From Mobula hypostoma (lineage: Eukaryota): DNA of 64,000 nucleotides. Positions 13,782 to 25,942 of this stretch are shown piece after piece. A model generated the notes under the pieces. The model ran no database searches. It was given only the letters and a program-made list of their open reading frames with translations, and was not told the DNA's origin. How positions within the stretch are numbered: the first letter of the stretch is position 1; each line of letters begins with the position of its first letter. Where the stretch lies: positions 76,448,001 to 76,512,000 of the forward strand of contig NC_086097.1 in NCBI RefSeq assembly GCF_963921235.1. Direction: 5' to 3'. The position numbers and the translations under genes are program-made.

Positions 13782-15064
13782 CTGTGAATACAAGTAAAAA
13801 TTTAATTGATTTAGCTAGTAATGTATACAACAGAATAATAATACTTTAAATTATGTTTCTTCAAAAGCTGGTTTAATTTAAGTTTTTTAACTACCTATAT
13901 ATTTGAAAGATGAATGTACTCAGAAAGTTGCTATTTCTGCAAAACTATAGTGGAATTCACTTGCAGGAGATTTGATGAAGAAGATATTGAACAGGAGAGG
14001 AATGTACAGAGAGTGACTGCAGTTATGGAACGTTTATTTAACTTAGAAAAAAACTCTAACCTCTTCTATTGCAAGACATTATAATTACTATGTGTACCTT
14101 TGAATAGTTCAGTATTCAGCATGAAGACTAAATCACGTTGAAAATCCATTTTAGTGTAATTCCCCTTAGGCAATAACACAAAACTGGTGATATTATATGC
14201 TCAGACAGCATTTACCTTCCATTGATCAGAATATTCAGATGTTTTTAAGTGCAGAAGAAGTCAACTGTCAATCTGCTAAAGTGGGTAAAGTGGAGAGCTA
14301 CATTTCCCTTTAGGCAGACATTATTTTCACAGATTCATCTGTTAAAGTAAATTATGTACCAATTATGTTTATCTTGCTGATGCTTCCCAAGTTCATTCTA
14401 TCCTCCATTCTCCATCCTGATATACAACTGAAAGCTAATTTTCTGGAGCTTCTTTTTCTATTTGCTATTGATGACTAAAAGTAGGACACAATATCCATTC
14501 AACGAGCTACTGGTTTTAAAGGGAACACAGCAGAAAATTGAATGCTATCGCCCTCTGCTGGTTGCAGGATTTATCTTTTACAAAGGTGAATATTTCTTCA
14601 AAGTAATTTATAACAAGCCAATGATTATTTGTACTATATTAACATGCACAGTCTTCTCTTACCATAAACAATTTAAGAAATCATATAGGAATTATTTTGC
14701 TGCAAATTTAAGAGAAGAAATGTTCTTCCTTGGAAGATTATTTTCATGTTAGGTTAATTTTTCAATTCATTTTGTATTATGAGTTTTTCTATCTATGTTC
14801 ACCAGGACTTTTTAAAATCAGTGTGCCTGTTGCTTTGTGCTTCAGCAAATCATCTCTCACATGTATTTGAACTTGAGGCATGCTTTCTCCCACATACAGG
14901 GAAAGATGATTTAAATAATCACAAAAATAAAACCTAATGATAATATTTCCACACAAATATTTTCTATCTGCACTTCCTTTTGCAATGTTGCAAGATACAT
15001 ACACTATTAAGTGCTTGCAACAAATCTTATTTGAACAGAATCATTAATTCAGTTGTTACACTTG

Positions 15065-15375
15065 AGAATCAGAATCTGTTTTATTATCACTGACTTACGT
15101 CATGAAATTTTTTGTTTTGTAGCAGTAGAAATACAGTGCAAGGCAGTAAAATACTACAAGTTACAAAGTAAGTAAGTAGTGCAAAAGACAAATAAAAAGA
15201 TAGCATTCGTGGGTCATTCAGAAATTTGATGACAGAGGGGAAGAAGCTGTTCTTAAAACATTGAACATATGTCTTCAAGTCCCTTTACCTTCTCGCCAAT
15301 GGTAGTAATGTGAAGAAGGCGTGCTCTGGATGTTGAGATCCTTAGTGATGGATTCAACTTCTTGAGGCAGCATCA
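15065..15375 (-). mobile_element. Rex1/Babar-like LINE 3' fragment
   Basis: CFKNSFFPSVIKFLN and a (GATTCT)n tail. Confidence 0.65.
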
Positions 15376-15544
15376 GTCATTAAATAAAATTATACACTTA
15401 GCCATTTAAAGGGATATTGGTTGGAGACAGGTTTTAAGAGGCTTCTGAGAGAGCACTGGCATTATTGCATAGAGGTACCAAAGGCATGTGTGAAAGTTTC
15501 GCTGCATATGAACTCAAGTGGGTCACAGTCGAGTGATGTCATCA

Positions 15545-17995
15545 GACCATAAGATTTAGGAGAAATATGTCTGCTTCATTATTTCATCATGACTGATCCA
15601 TTTTCCCTCAAACCCCAGTCTCCTACCTTCTGCCCGTATCCCTTCATGCTCTGACTAATCAAGAACTTATCAATCTCTGGCTTAAGTATCTCCAATGACT
15701 TGGCCTCCACAGCTACCTGTGGCAACAAAAGCACAAATTCATCACTCCCTGGCTGAAGAAATTCCTCTTCATCTCTGTTCTAAAAGGACACCCCTCTATT
15801 CCAAGTCTGGGTCTTCTGGTCTTAGACTGCCCCACCACAGGAAACCTCCTCTCCATATCCACTCTAATGAGGCCTTTTAATATTAAGTAGATTTCAATGA
15901 GGTCACCTTTCATTTTTTTCTAAATTACAGCGAGTTCGTGCCCAGAGCCATCATTTGCTCCTCATATGACATGACTTTCAATCACAGAATCATATTTGTG
16001 AACCTCCTTTGAACCTTCTCCTATGTCATCCCATCCTTTCTTTGACAAAGAGCCCCAAGCTGCTCACAGTACTCCAAGTGCGGCCTCACCAGTGCTTTAT
16101 AAAATCTCAACATTACAACCTTGCTTTTATATCCTAGTCCTCTTGAAGTGAATGTTAACATCACATTTGCCTTCCTCGCTACCGACTTAACTAGCAAAAA
16201 AAACCGTTAGGGAATCCTCCATGAGGACTTTCGAGTCCCTTTGCACCTCATTCATTCAGGATGTATATTGTATACATTTCTCTGACATTAAATTGGACCT
16301 TTGAACCTCAGATTTTTGAATTTTCTCTCCATTTAGAAAATAGAAACCATAGAAAAACTACAGCACAGAAAAAGGCCTTTTGGCCCTTCTTAGCTGTGCC
16401 GAACTATTTTCTGCCTAGTCCCACTGAGCTGCACACGGACCATATCCCTCCATACACCTCCCATCCATGTATCTGTCCAATTTATTCTTAAATGTTAAAA
16501 AACCCACATTTACCACCTTGTCTGGCAGCTCATTCCACACTCCCACCACTCTCTGTGTGAAGAAGCCCCCCACAATGTTCCCTTTAAACTTTTCCCCCTT
16601 TACCCTTAACCCATGTCCTCTGGTAGTTTTCTCCCCTTGCCTCAGTGGAAAAAGCCTGCTTGCATTCACTCTATCTATACCCATCATAATTTTATATACC
16701 TCTATCAAACCTCCCCTCATTCTTCTACGCTCCAGGGAATAAAGTCCTAACCTATTCAACCTTCCTCCGTAACTGAGTTTCTCAAGTCCCGGCAACATCC
16801 TTGTAAACCTTCTCTACACTCTTTCAACCTTATTAATATCCTTCCTGTAATGTGGTGACCAAAACTGAACACAATACTCCAGATTCGGCCTCACCAATGT
16901 CTTATACAACCTCATCATAATATTCCAGCTCTTATACTCAATACTTTGATTAATAAAGGCCAATGTACCAAAAGCTCTCTTTACAACCCTATCTACCTGT
17001 GATGCCACTTTTAGGGAATTTTGTATCTATATTCCCAGATCCCTCTGTTCTACTGCACTCCTCAGTGCCTTACCAAATAGTCTACCTTTTATTTCTTCCA
17101 CCAAAGTGCATGACTATACGCTTCCCAACTCTTTATTACATTTGCCATTTCATTGCCCTGTCTCCTAATCCAAGTCCTTCTGTAGCCTCTCTGTTTGTTC
17201 AAAACTATCTATCCATCTACCTTCATATTTCCGTGAACTTGGCCACAAAGCCATCAATTTCATCATCTAAATCACTGACATATAATGTGAAAAGAAACCC
17301 CTGTGGAACACCACTAGTCACCAGCAGCCAATCAGAAAAGGCTCCCTTTATTCTCATTCTTTGCCACCTGCCAATCAATCCTCTATCCATGCTAGTATCC
17401 TTCTTGTAATACCATGGGCTCTTAACTCGTTAATTGGCCTCTTGTGTGGCACTTTGTCAAAGGCCATTTGAAAATCCAAGTACATAACATCCACCGATTC
17501 TCCTTTGTCCATCCTGCTTGTTATTTCTTCAGAGATTTCCAACAGGTTTGGCAGGCAAGATTTTCCCTTAAGGAAACCATGTTGACTTTGGCCTATTTTA
17601 TCCTGTGCCCTCAAGTACCACAAAACCACACCCTTAACAATCAACTCCAACATCTTCCCAACCACTGGCCTATAGTTTCCTTGTCTCTGTCTCTCTCCCT
17701 TCTTGAAGATTGGAGTGACATTTGGAATTTTCCAGTCCTCCGAAACCATGCCAGAATCTAGTGATTCCTGATCTCTTCAACTACTTCTTTCAGAACCTTG
17801 TGGTGCATACCATCTTGTCCAGGTGACTTATGTCCCTTCAGACCTTTCAATTGCCTAAGAACCTTCTTCATAGTAATGGCAACTTTATATAGTTCTGCCC
17901 CCTGACTCTCTCGAACTTCTGGCATATTGCTAATGGCTTCCACAGTGAAGACTGAAGCAAAAAACTTGTTCAGGTCATCCGCCACTTCTGTGTCT
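15545..17995 (-). mobile_element. CR1 LINE (decayed), host of a second CR1
   Basis: RT fragments WKIPNVTPIFKKG, SQHGFLKGKSC, AFDKVPH and GDLIEIY. Confidence 0.85.
16344..17074 (-). mobile_element. Younger CR1 3' fragment nested in CR1
   Basis: ORFs 16415-16798 and 16814-17008, with a ttctatggtttc tail. Host sequence resumes after a 6-bp duplication aaatag (16338-16343 / 17075-17080). Confidence 0.8.
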
Positions 17996-19604
17996 GCAAA
18001 GGGATATCCCACATTTCAAACTCAGTCTTGCACTTGAACCGAGTGTGCAGAGAGACATAGCCAGTAATAATGACATGAGAGGGAAGGATGTGGCAAATAC
18101 AGGTAGGTGATAGGTGGAACCAGTCAGGAGGGAAGTGACAGGTGGATGGAACCAGGTGGGGGAGAGGGAGGGGTGTTGTTGAGAGACAATGGCTTGAGGG
18201 TGGTAGATGGAGACAGATAAGGAGAAAAAGGTGGGGTAGATGGAGCTGGCTTGGGTGAGGCAAGGGAGGAGATTGAGACATTTGGAAGGTGATGAGTGGA
18301 TGCAGATGCTGAAGTCTGATAAGATGATCAGTGGAAGTAGATAAGGGAGAGATGAGAGGCAGACAGAACTGGGGGTGGGGGGGGTGTAAAATAAAAAGGA
18401 GCAGAGGATGTGGGACAGCTGCCTCGAGGTCTTCAATACCCATGAGTCTGAAATTTCAGTTCATCTAGTACTGTACCTGATAACAAAGAAGCAATCTGAC
18501 AAATAAGGTTTTTGTACCTAGCTGCCAATTCTGTGGTATTGAAGAAGAGCATTTTCGGACTTGTAGGGTAAACCCGAGCAGATCTTACAATCTGATACTA
18601 TGTTTTAAAGAATGAAAAGGTAAATATTTTTGATGTTTACTTCTCAAAGTACTAAGGGTAATTTTAATCCTTCTTACTGGATCAACAACTAAAGTACTAT
18701 ATGTCATTTAACAGCACAGGAAATTCCAGTCTTCGGTTTTAATTGGTAATGAGGACAACCAGCTGACTATAAGTATCTTTCCCAGGAGGTGTAACAACTT
18801 ATGAATCAAGATCAGGCATAGGGCACTCTGCACTTTCAACCCATAACAGTATTTAGCCTTTCACAGTAAAGGTTCAGACTCTCCAAAGACAAATTCACCC
18901 CCAAGACCCTTTACATATTAGGAAATCATATGGTTATAAATCGTAGAAACTATTGACTTAAGAGGATTTAACGCAAGTCCCAAAGCTAATTATTGTGGTT
19001 TCAGTTCTCGAACAGCAGGTGAAGTTCTACTTCACAATGTTAACCACAATCTCAGCAACCTTAGTTACAGCTGCATAGTACCCAGTATAAATAAAGAACG
19101 TTTGAAATGTACCAACTAAAATTATTGCATTCTGTCCAAATTCAACTGGGTTATATTCATGCTTTACTTATCTAATTTATGCATTGGATATCAAATACTG
19201 TTTTGCACCAATGCAAAACATGTAGTAAACCCTGTCTAACTGAAAACAAAAAAGGGTTAATTTCTCATGCCTATTTCATGACTCCTTGCAAGGTATATTA
19301 ACAAGAGTTAGCTATAATCAAATGACAGATCAGAGAATATTTCAGGCATTTATCACAATGTAGCTCTCGGCGCCTGCTCACCTCTAAAACACAAGAGGTG
19401 CTGCACCAGAACAAAAGCTTCACCAATGAAATAGATGGCTGATTAGCTAAAGGGACAGAGTGACACAGCAGCCTCATCACCTGGCAATCATCTTAATTTC
19501 TTCTTGTGATGTGAAGGTCTACTGTCACCCTTACTTCACTGAGCACAGGAAATATGTGAGGGACCCAGGTCCCCCGCCATCTCAAGGAAGGTACACACGT
19601 ACAA

Positions 19605-19940
19605 CTCGAGTTGCTTGTTGCTCTTGTAATCCAGGCTCAATTCTGACATGTGGTGATGCCTGTGTGGAGTCTCCGTGTTCTCCGTGATTACATGCGCCTC
19701 TTTCAATTGTCCTGGTTTCCTTTCACATTCCAAAAATGTGAGGTTTGGTAGACCGCAGGACTAAATTAGTCACTGCAAATTGCCCCTGGTGAGAATAGAG
19801 TCCAAGAAAGGTTGATGGGGATGTGGGCGAGATTAAAGTGGACCAAGTGTAGGACTGGTGCAAATGGGTATTTGATGGTCAGTGTGGACTTAGTGAGTGA
19901 AAGAACCTGTTCTGTACTACAGCGCTCTGTGAGTCTCCGA
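19605..19940 (+). mobile_element. tRNA-derived SINE with CR1-like tail (HE1-like)
   Basis: Degenerate B-box ggctcaattct, core tgtgtggagt..ggtttcctttcacattccaaa, and 3' gatggtcagtgtggactt..cctgttctgtact resembling CR1 3' ends. Confidence 0.6.
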
Positions 19941-20084
19941 TCATTTACATGCAATATGCAAAGAATAAGTAGGTATTGGTTGCCTCATGAAATGAAGTGT
20001 AAGTAATTACAAGTACAGTGACAAATTTACCCCAACAAATTTTAAACAAGATTGTCAAAGAGAATACAATCTCCAAATTTATTT

Positions 20085-20450
20085 AAGTTCACAGGATCTC
20101 AAGGAAATTCACAGGCTAGACAGTGAAGATATATACCCTGACTGAGGAGTCTAGGACCAGTGGTTATAGTTTCAAATTAAGGAGGAAACCATTTAGGACT
20201 GAGAAGAGGAGAAACTTCTTCACCCAGGTGCTGGTGAACCCTTAGAATTTCCTATCTTGGGGGACTGTAGAAGTTCAATTCCTGCATTGATTGAAAATAC
20301 AGATTGATAAGATTTCTGAAAATTTAGGATGCTAAGGAATATGGAGATTGTATTGGAAAATGACACTGGGGTAGAAGATCAGCTACAATCTTAATGTATC
20401 CAAATTAGAGCTGAAGGGTGGATGGCTGACTGTGTCCATTTCTAATGTGC
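20085..20450 (+). mobile_element. Old CR1 3' fragment
   Basis: ggagtctaggaccag..aaaccatttaggactgag..aaacttcttcacccag matches the CR1 ORF2 C-terminus. Confidence 0.6.
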
Positions 20451-21649
20451 TTCGGTAGCCTATGACAAGATTATTCAGACCAAATAGTCTGTGCTGGTGA
20501 TAATGTCCTATATTAGCATCCTCTTACTGTCTATTGTCAAGATTTATTTCAGAAATTATAACAAATTTTCCTGGTTTATATCAGAACTGCCCAAACCTAA
20601 TGCAAGTCCACCATTCTGTAAAGTTAATTCTGGATTTCTCTCTCTAAATGTCAGGGCTGCTGCACATTTTTAACATTTTATATCAGTTTCATTACAGATT
20701 CCCAACATCTGAAGTGCTGGCATCTCACAGTTCGGACTCTGATTTTTTTTTATCCCTTCTCTTCCCTTTTCATTCACTTCTCCCTTTTTAAACTTCCTCA
20801 ATTTTCAACATCACTTCTGATACTGAGCATCTTTGTGTCTCCACAAACTTTCCTGGCTTTTTCTTCTAATCTGCAACTTGAAAAAAAAAGTTTGATTTCT
20901 ATTTTTCTTGGTTCTTTTGAACCAATAACTTTATTTCACTCTTCACAGATGACACTTTATCTGTTGAGCAGTTTGAAGATTTACTGCATTTTTAAAAGAA
21001 AGTTATATTCCCCTTTTTGCTTGCCTAGCTTCCACTATAATGCATTGATGTTGGTAGCCTCTACAGCAGTAAGCTCCATAATTTAACTATTTTCTGGGTG
21101 AGAAACAAAAATCCTGAATTCACTATGAGATTTTGTAACGGCCACTTATGGTTCCAGTACAAGTCTCCTTCAAGAGTAAAAGCTGGCTCCAAGTCTATGC
21201 TATAAAACCCTTCACTGTTCTAAAGAGCTCACTGAAAAGAGTTACAGCTTGATAGGCAAAATCTCTGGTGTAGACCATAGTCCCTATAAATCTCTTCTAC
21301 ACTGTCTCCAGAGTATTGTTATCCTTTTCCTAATAAGGGAACCAGAACTAGAAATAATTCTAAATGTGATCAAAAGTCCAATGAATCCTGGTGGAAATGA
21401 ACTCCAGTACATCACTTTCCATTTCTGGCCCTACTAGGTATAGAACAATATTTGATCCTTTAAGTTCTCAATTTCAAACTCTTATTTTTTTGCTCTTTCT
21501 TCCCATTAAATGTAGCACCACACGCTTTCCGACACTAAATTTCATTTTCCCCCTTAACAAGCCTATTCTACAAATGTATCAACAAATATGCAATTGGTCA
21601 GCCTCAATATTAGTAATAATTTCTCACCCCCCATTCACCACCATAACCT

Positions 21650-23085
21650 TCATGCACGCATCCTGAGCTCGTTGACTTCATTAACTTTGCCTTCAACTTT
21701 CACCCTGCCCTCAAGTTTACCTGGTCCATTTCCGACACCTCCCTCCCCTTTCTTGATCTTTCTGTCTCTGTATATGGAGACAGCTTATCTACTGATGTCT
21801 ACTATAAGCCTACAGACTCTCACAGCTACCTGGACTATTCCTCTTCTCACCCTGTCTCTTGCAAAAATGCCATCCCCTTCTCGCGATTCCTCCGTCTCCA
21901 CTGCATCTGCTCTCAGGATGAGGCCTTTCATTCCAGTACGAAGGAGATGTCCTCATTTTTTAAAGAAAGGGGCTTCCCTTCCTCCACCATCAACTCTGCT
22001 CTCAAACGCATCTCTCCTATATCACGCACATCAGCTCTCACCCCTTCCTCCCGCCACCCCACTAGGGATAGGGTTCCTCTTGTCCTCACCTACCACCCCA
22101 CCAGCCTCCAGGTCCAACATATTATTGTCCGTAACTTCCTCCACCTCCAATGGGATCCCACCACTAAGAACATCTTTCCTCCCCCCGCCCTCTGCTTTCC
22201 ACAGGGATCGCTCCCTACGCGACTCCCTTGTCCATTCGTCCCCCCCATCCCTTCTCACCGATCTCCCTACCGGCACTTATCCTTGTAAGCGGAACAAGTG
22301 CTACACATGCCCTTACACTTCCTCCCTCACCACCATTCAGAGCCCCAAACAGTCCTTCCAGGTGAGGCGACACTTCACCTGTGAGTTGGCTGGGGTGATA
22401 TACTGCTCTTGGTGCTCTCGGTGCGGCCTTCAATATATTGGCGAGACCCGACGCAGGCTGGGAGACAATTTCACTGAACACCTACGCTCTGTCCACCAGA
22501 GAAAGCAGGATCTCCCAGTGGCCACACATTTTAATTCCACGTCCTTTTCCCATTCTGATATGTCTATCTATGGCCTCCTCTACTGTCAAGATGAAGCCAC
22601 ACTCAGGTTGGAGGAACAACACCTTATATTCTGTCTGGGTAGCCTCCAACATGATGGCATGAACATTGACTTCTCTAACTTGCGTTAATGCCCCACCTCC
22701 CCTTCATACCCCATCCATTACTCATTTATTTTTTATTATTATTAATTTTTTTTCTCTGTCTCCTTTTTCTCCCTCTGTCCCTCTCACTATACTCCTTGCC
22801 CATCCTCTGGGCTTCCCCCCTCCCCCTTTCTTTCTCCCTAGGTCTCCCGTCCCATGATCCTCTCATATCTCTTTTGCCAATCAACTTTCTTGCTCTTGGC
22901 TCCATCCCTCCCGCTCCTGTCTTCTATCATTTTGGATCCCCCCCTCCCCCTCCCACTTTCAAATCTCTTACTATCTCTTCCTTCAGTTAGTCCTGACGAA
23001 GGGTCTCGGCCCGAAATGTCGACTGTACCTCTTCCTAGAGATGCTGCCTGGCCTGCTGCATTCGCTAGCGATTTTTATGTGTGTT
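21650..23085 (+). mobile_element. Penelope-like retroelement (Neptune-type): RT C-terminus, Cys-rich linker, GIY-YIG endonuclease and terminal region
   Basis: Reads ..FHPALKFTWS..LPFLDL..VYYKPTDSHSYL..SSHP. After a frameshift it reads CKRNKCYTC..GVIYCSWCSRCGLQYIGETRRRL..EHL..VATHFN..LRLEEQHLI, with stop at 22688. Confidence 0.9.
22984..23025 (+). ncRNA. Minimal type-I hammerhead ribozyme in Penelope terminus (most intact copy)
   Basis: Stem I AGTC (22989-92) / GACT (23021-24), CTGACGA (22993-99), extra A, stem II GGGT-ctcg-GCCC, GAAA (23013-16), T, then GTC with predicted cut after 23020. Confidence 0.75.
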
Positions 23086-23239
23086 TCCAATTGACCTTCT
23101 GATTGCCATGTTTAAATTGTTTCATATTCAACTATCTTGATCGAGCGAGGATCACAACAGTGCCCTAGTTACTACAGGTATGTGGGCATCAAGCAAATTG
23201 CGGCAGAAGTATATGAAGATCCCAGAATGCATTCTCATT

Positions 23240-23540
23240 AATTGATTAAATACTTTATTGTCGCCAAACAATTAATACTAGAATGTACAATCATCATAGC
23301 GATATTTGATTCTGCGCTTCCCGCTCCCTGGATACAAATCAAAAGTAAATATTAAACATTTAAATTATAAATCATAAATAGAAAAATTAGAAAAATGGAA
23401 AGTAAGGTAGTACGAAAGAACCGAGATGCAGGTCTGGATATTTGGAGGGTACGGCCCAGGTTCGGGTCAGGATCCATTCATCAGTCTTATCACAGTTGGA
23501 AAGAAGCTGTTCCCAAATCTGGCTGTACGATTCAAGAGGG
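23240..23540 (-). mobile_element. LINE 3' end (Rex1/Babar-like, distinct subfamily)
   Basis: Minus strand encodes RTARFGNSFFPTVIRLMN, followed by aataaa. Confidence 0.55.
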
Positions 23541-23654
23541 GTACAAGAGATTATGTAACATCAGGGAAGGGCAATGTCAGAAGGACAACCTTCCAAAGGG
23601 TTTGCAATCCTATGGAAGTATTCTCCATTTGTTTGGTGAACCTTTCTACATGCG

Positions 23655-24645
23655 AGACACACAAAATGCTGGAGGACGTAGCAGGCCAGGCAGCATCTAT
23701 GGAAAAAAGTACAGTCGATGATTCAGGCCAAGACCCTTCAGCAGGACGGGAGTAAAAAAGATGAGGAGTAGATTTAAAAGGTGAGGGGGGGGGTTAGGGG
23801 AGAGGGAAACACAAGGTGATAGTTGAAATCAGGAGGGGGAGGGATGAAATAAAGAGCTGGGAAGTTGATTGGTGAAAGAGATACAGGGCTGGAGAAGGGG
23901 TGATCTGATAGGGTAGGATAGAAGTCCATGGAAGAAAGAAAAGGGGGGAGGAGCACCAAAGGGAGGCGATGGGTAGGCAAAGAGATGAGGTGAGAGGGGA
24001 AAAAGGAGATGGGTAATACTGGAAGCTCAAAAGATTGATGTTCATGCCATCAGGTTGGAGGCTACCCAGATGGAATATAAGGGGCTGTTCCTCCAACCTG
24101 AGTGTGGCCTCATCGCGAAAGTAGGAGGAGGCTATGGATTGACATATCGGAATGGAAATAGGTGGCTACTGGGAGATCCCACTTCTTTTGGCAACCCATT
24201 TTAATTCTACTTCCCATTCCCATATGTCAATCCATGTCCTCCTCTACTGTTGCGATGAGGCCACACTCAGGTTGGAGGAACAACACCTTATAACCCATCT
24301 GGGTAGCCTCCAACCTGATGGCATGAACATCGATTTCTCAAACTTCCAGTAATGCCCCCTCTCACCTTAACTATCTCCCATCCCCTTTTCCCTGTCTCAC
24401 CTTATGTCCTTGCCTGCCCATCACCTCCCTCTGGTGTTTCTCTCTCTCTCCCCCACCTCCTCCCCTGCCCCCACCCCCGCTACCTTTTAAATCTACTCCT
24501 CTTTTTGCTCCAGATTTGCCTCTTGGCCTGAAATGTTGACTGTAATTATTTTTTCCCATGGATGCTGCCTGGCCTGCTGAGTTCCTCCAGCATTTTGTGC
24601 TTGTTACTTGGATTTCCAGCATCTGCAGATTTTCTCTTGTTTGTG
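23655..24645. mobile_element. Penelope-like fold-back (inverted 3' ends)
   Basis: The minus arm (about 23655-24185) and plus arm (about 24190-24645) both encode EEQ.LI.HLGSLQPDGMNI and end in the shared terminal motif. Confidence 0.85.
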
Positions 24646-25942
24646 ATTGGATGAAGCCAAGCTGACCTATTCCTGATTGGAACGTACATGGATCATAATA
24701 CAGAAAGGATAAGAAGTACACAAACTAATATACATGCTCAAGGAAGCTAAACATTGATTGCAACCTATCAGTACAGATTTATTTCACCTGTTGGAACTTG
24801 AGCTTCTGATCTGCATTTGTCTATTTTCGATGCTGCTGGTGGATGGTGAGAAATGAATGTGATGAATGATAATCCCTAAAGTATTGTTGACTGCATGGAA
24901 TAGGTTCAATAAATCACTTGATCTTTCCCTGGCATTGTTTTTGTGTATTCATCCAGCTAAACCAAGCACACCCCTATTCACCTCTTCCATTGGACTAGAC
25001 TTGTACTGACATCACAAGTCTGAAATCAGCACACAATGATTCCTTCAGCTAAATATGCACAGCATAAATTCAGAAGTGCACAGTAACTAGATTCCATGAT
25101 GGAGGTAATATTATACTACTATTCTCCAGTGAGATTCCAGGTATGCTGTTTTTGCACCACAGTATCAGTTTAGTTGTGGAATAAATTAATAGCAAGACAT
25201 AGGAGGAGTTCATCTATGTTTTAAGTTGAATTTGGAGTGTTCTGTAAACAGTATTTATAACACCAATACTACCTTCTGTTGCATGCTTTTCAGAGGTGGC
25301 TTACTCCTCTCAAATATATTCCAAGGAATGCCAGCAATTAAAATCTGTCATGACCGCATTCTGACATTAGCTTTGTTCTATCAATCATATCAGATTACTT
25401 GTAGCTATTTACGAATGAGTACTTTGTAGCTACGTAGTTGACGGTGGTCTATCTAACATCTGGTTTTGTGTGCTGTATGTTACCCTAAGTGAGACTACAT
25501 ACAATAAGCTTCTTTTCATGTAGGAATAGACTTTTATTATCTACTGTTCAATCAGCATAATTTGACAGATGTTAATAACTTCTGCTCATTCTGAATTCCA
25601 ACATGTGAAATTTTTCTTTTCTTTGGCAAACATTTCAATGTCGAATGTTATTTGCCTTTAAAGTTCACAGGACTGGAAAGGATTGGTTGTAATTGACGAA
25701 AACAAAAAAAAATCATTTTATCCACACACAATCTCTGAGTGAATAACGGAGGATTAAGAGTTCACCAAAGCACATTAATTAGAGCAGAATGTAATAAATC
25801 TATGATGAGATCATTATTTATTGATTAATCAATGTTAATCTTGATAGTAACCCTTGCAGTACAGAGTTGTGAAGCTTTACACCAACTGCAAGCTGTAATT
25901 TCATAAATTTGAAGACAAAAAGACAACCAAGTATGAATAGTA

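Noticed and set aside
17970..18443. Two Pro/Ser/Leu-rich ORFs of more than 150 aa
   Set aside because: Low-complexity purine/pyrimidine-skewed tract, probably an old retroelement tail, which lacks stops because of its composition.
18523..18620. Plus-strand exon-like segment (tag|CTGCC..AAAAG|gtaaat)
   Set aside because: Stops in all three frames and no partner exons, so there is no support for an antisense gene.
21588..22688. 366-aa ORF as a novel host gene
   Set aside because: It is a frameshifted Penelope ORF. The first half is an off-frame reading of the RT and the second half is the GIY-YIG domain.
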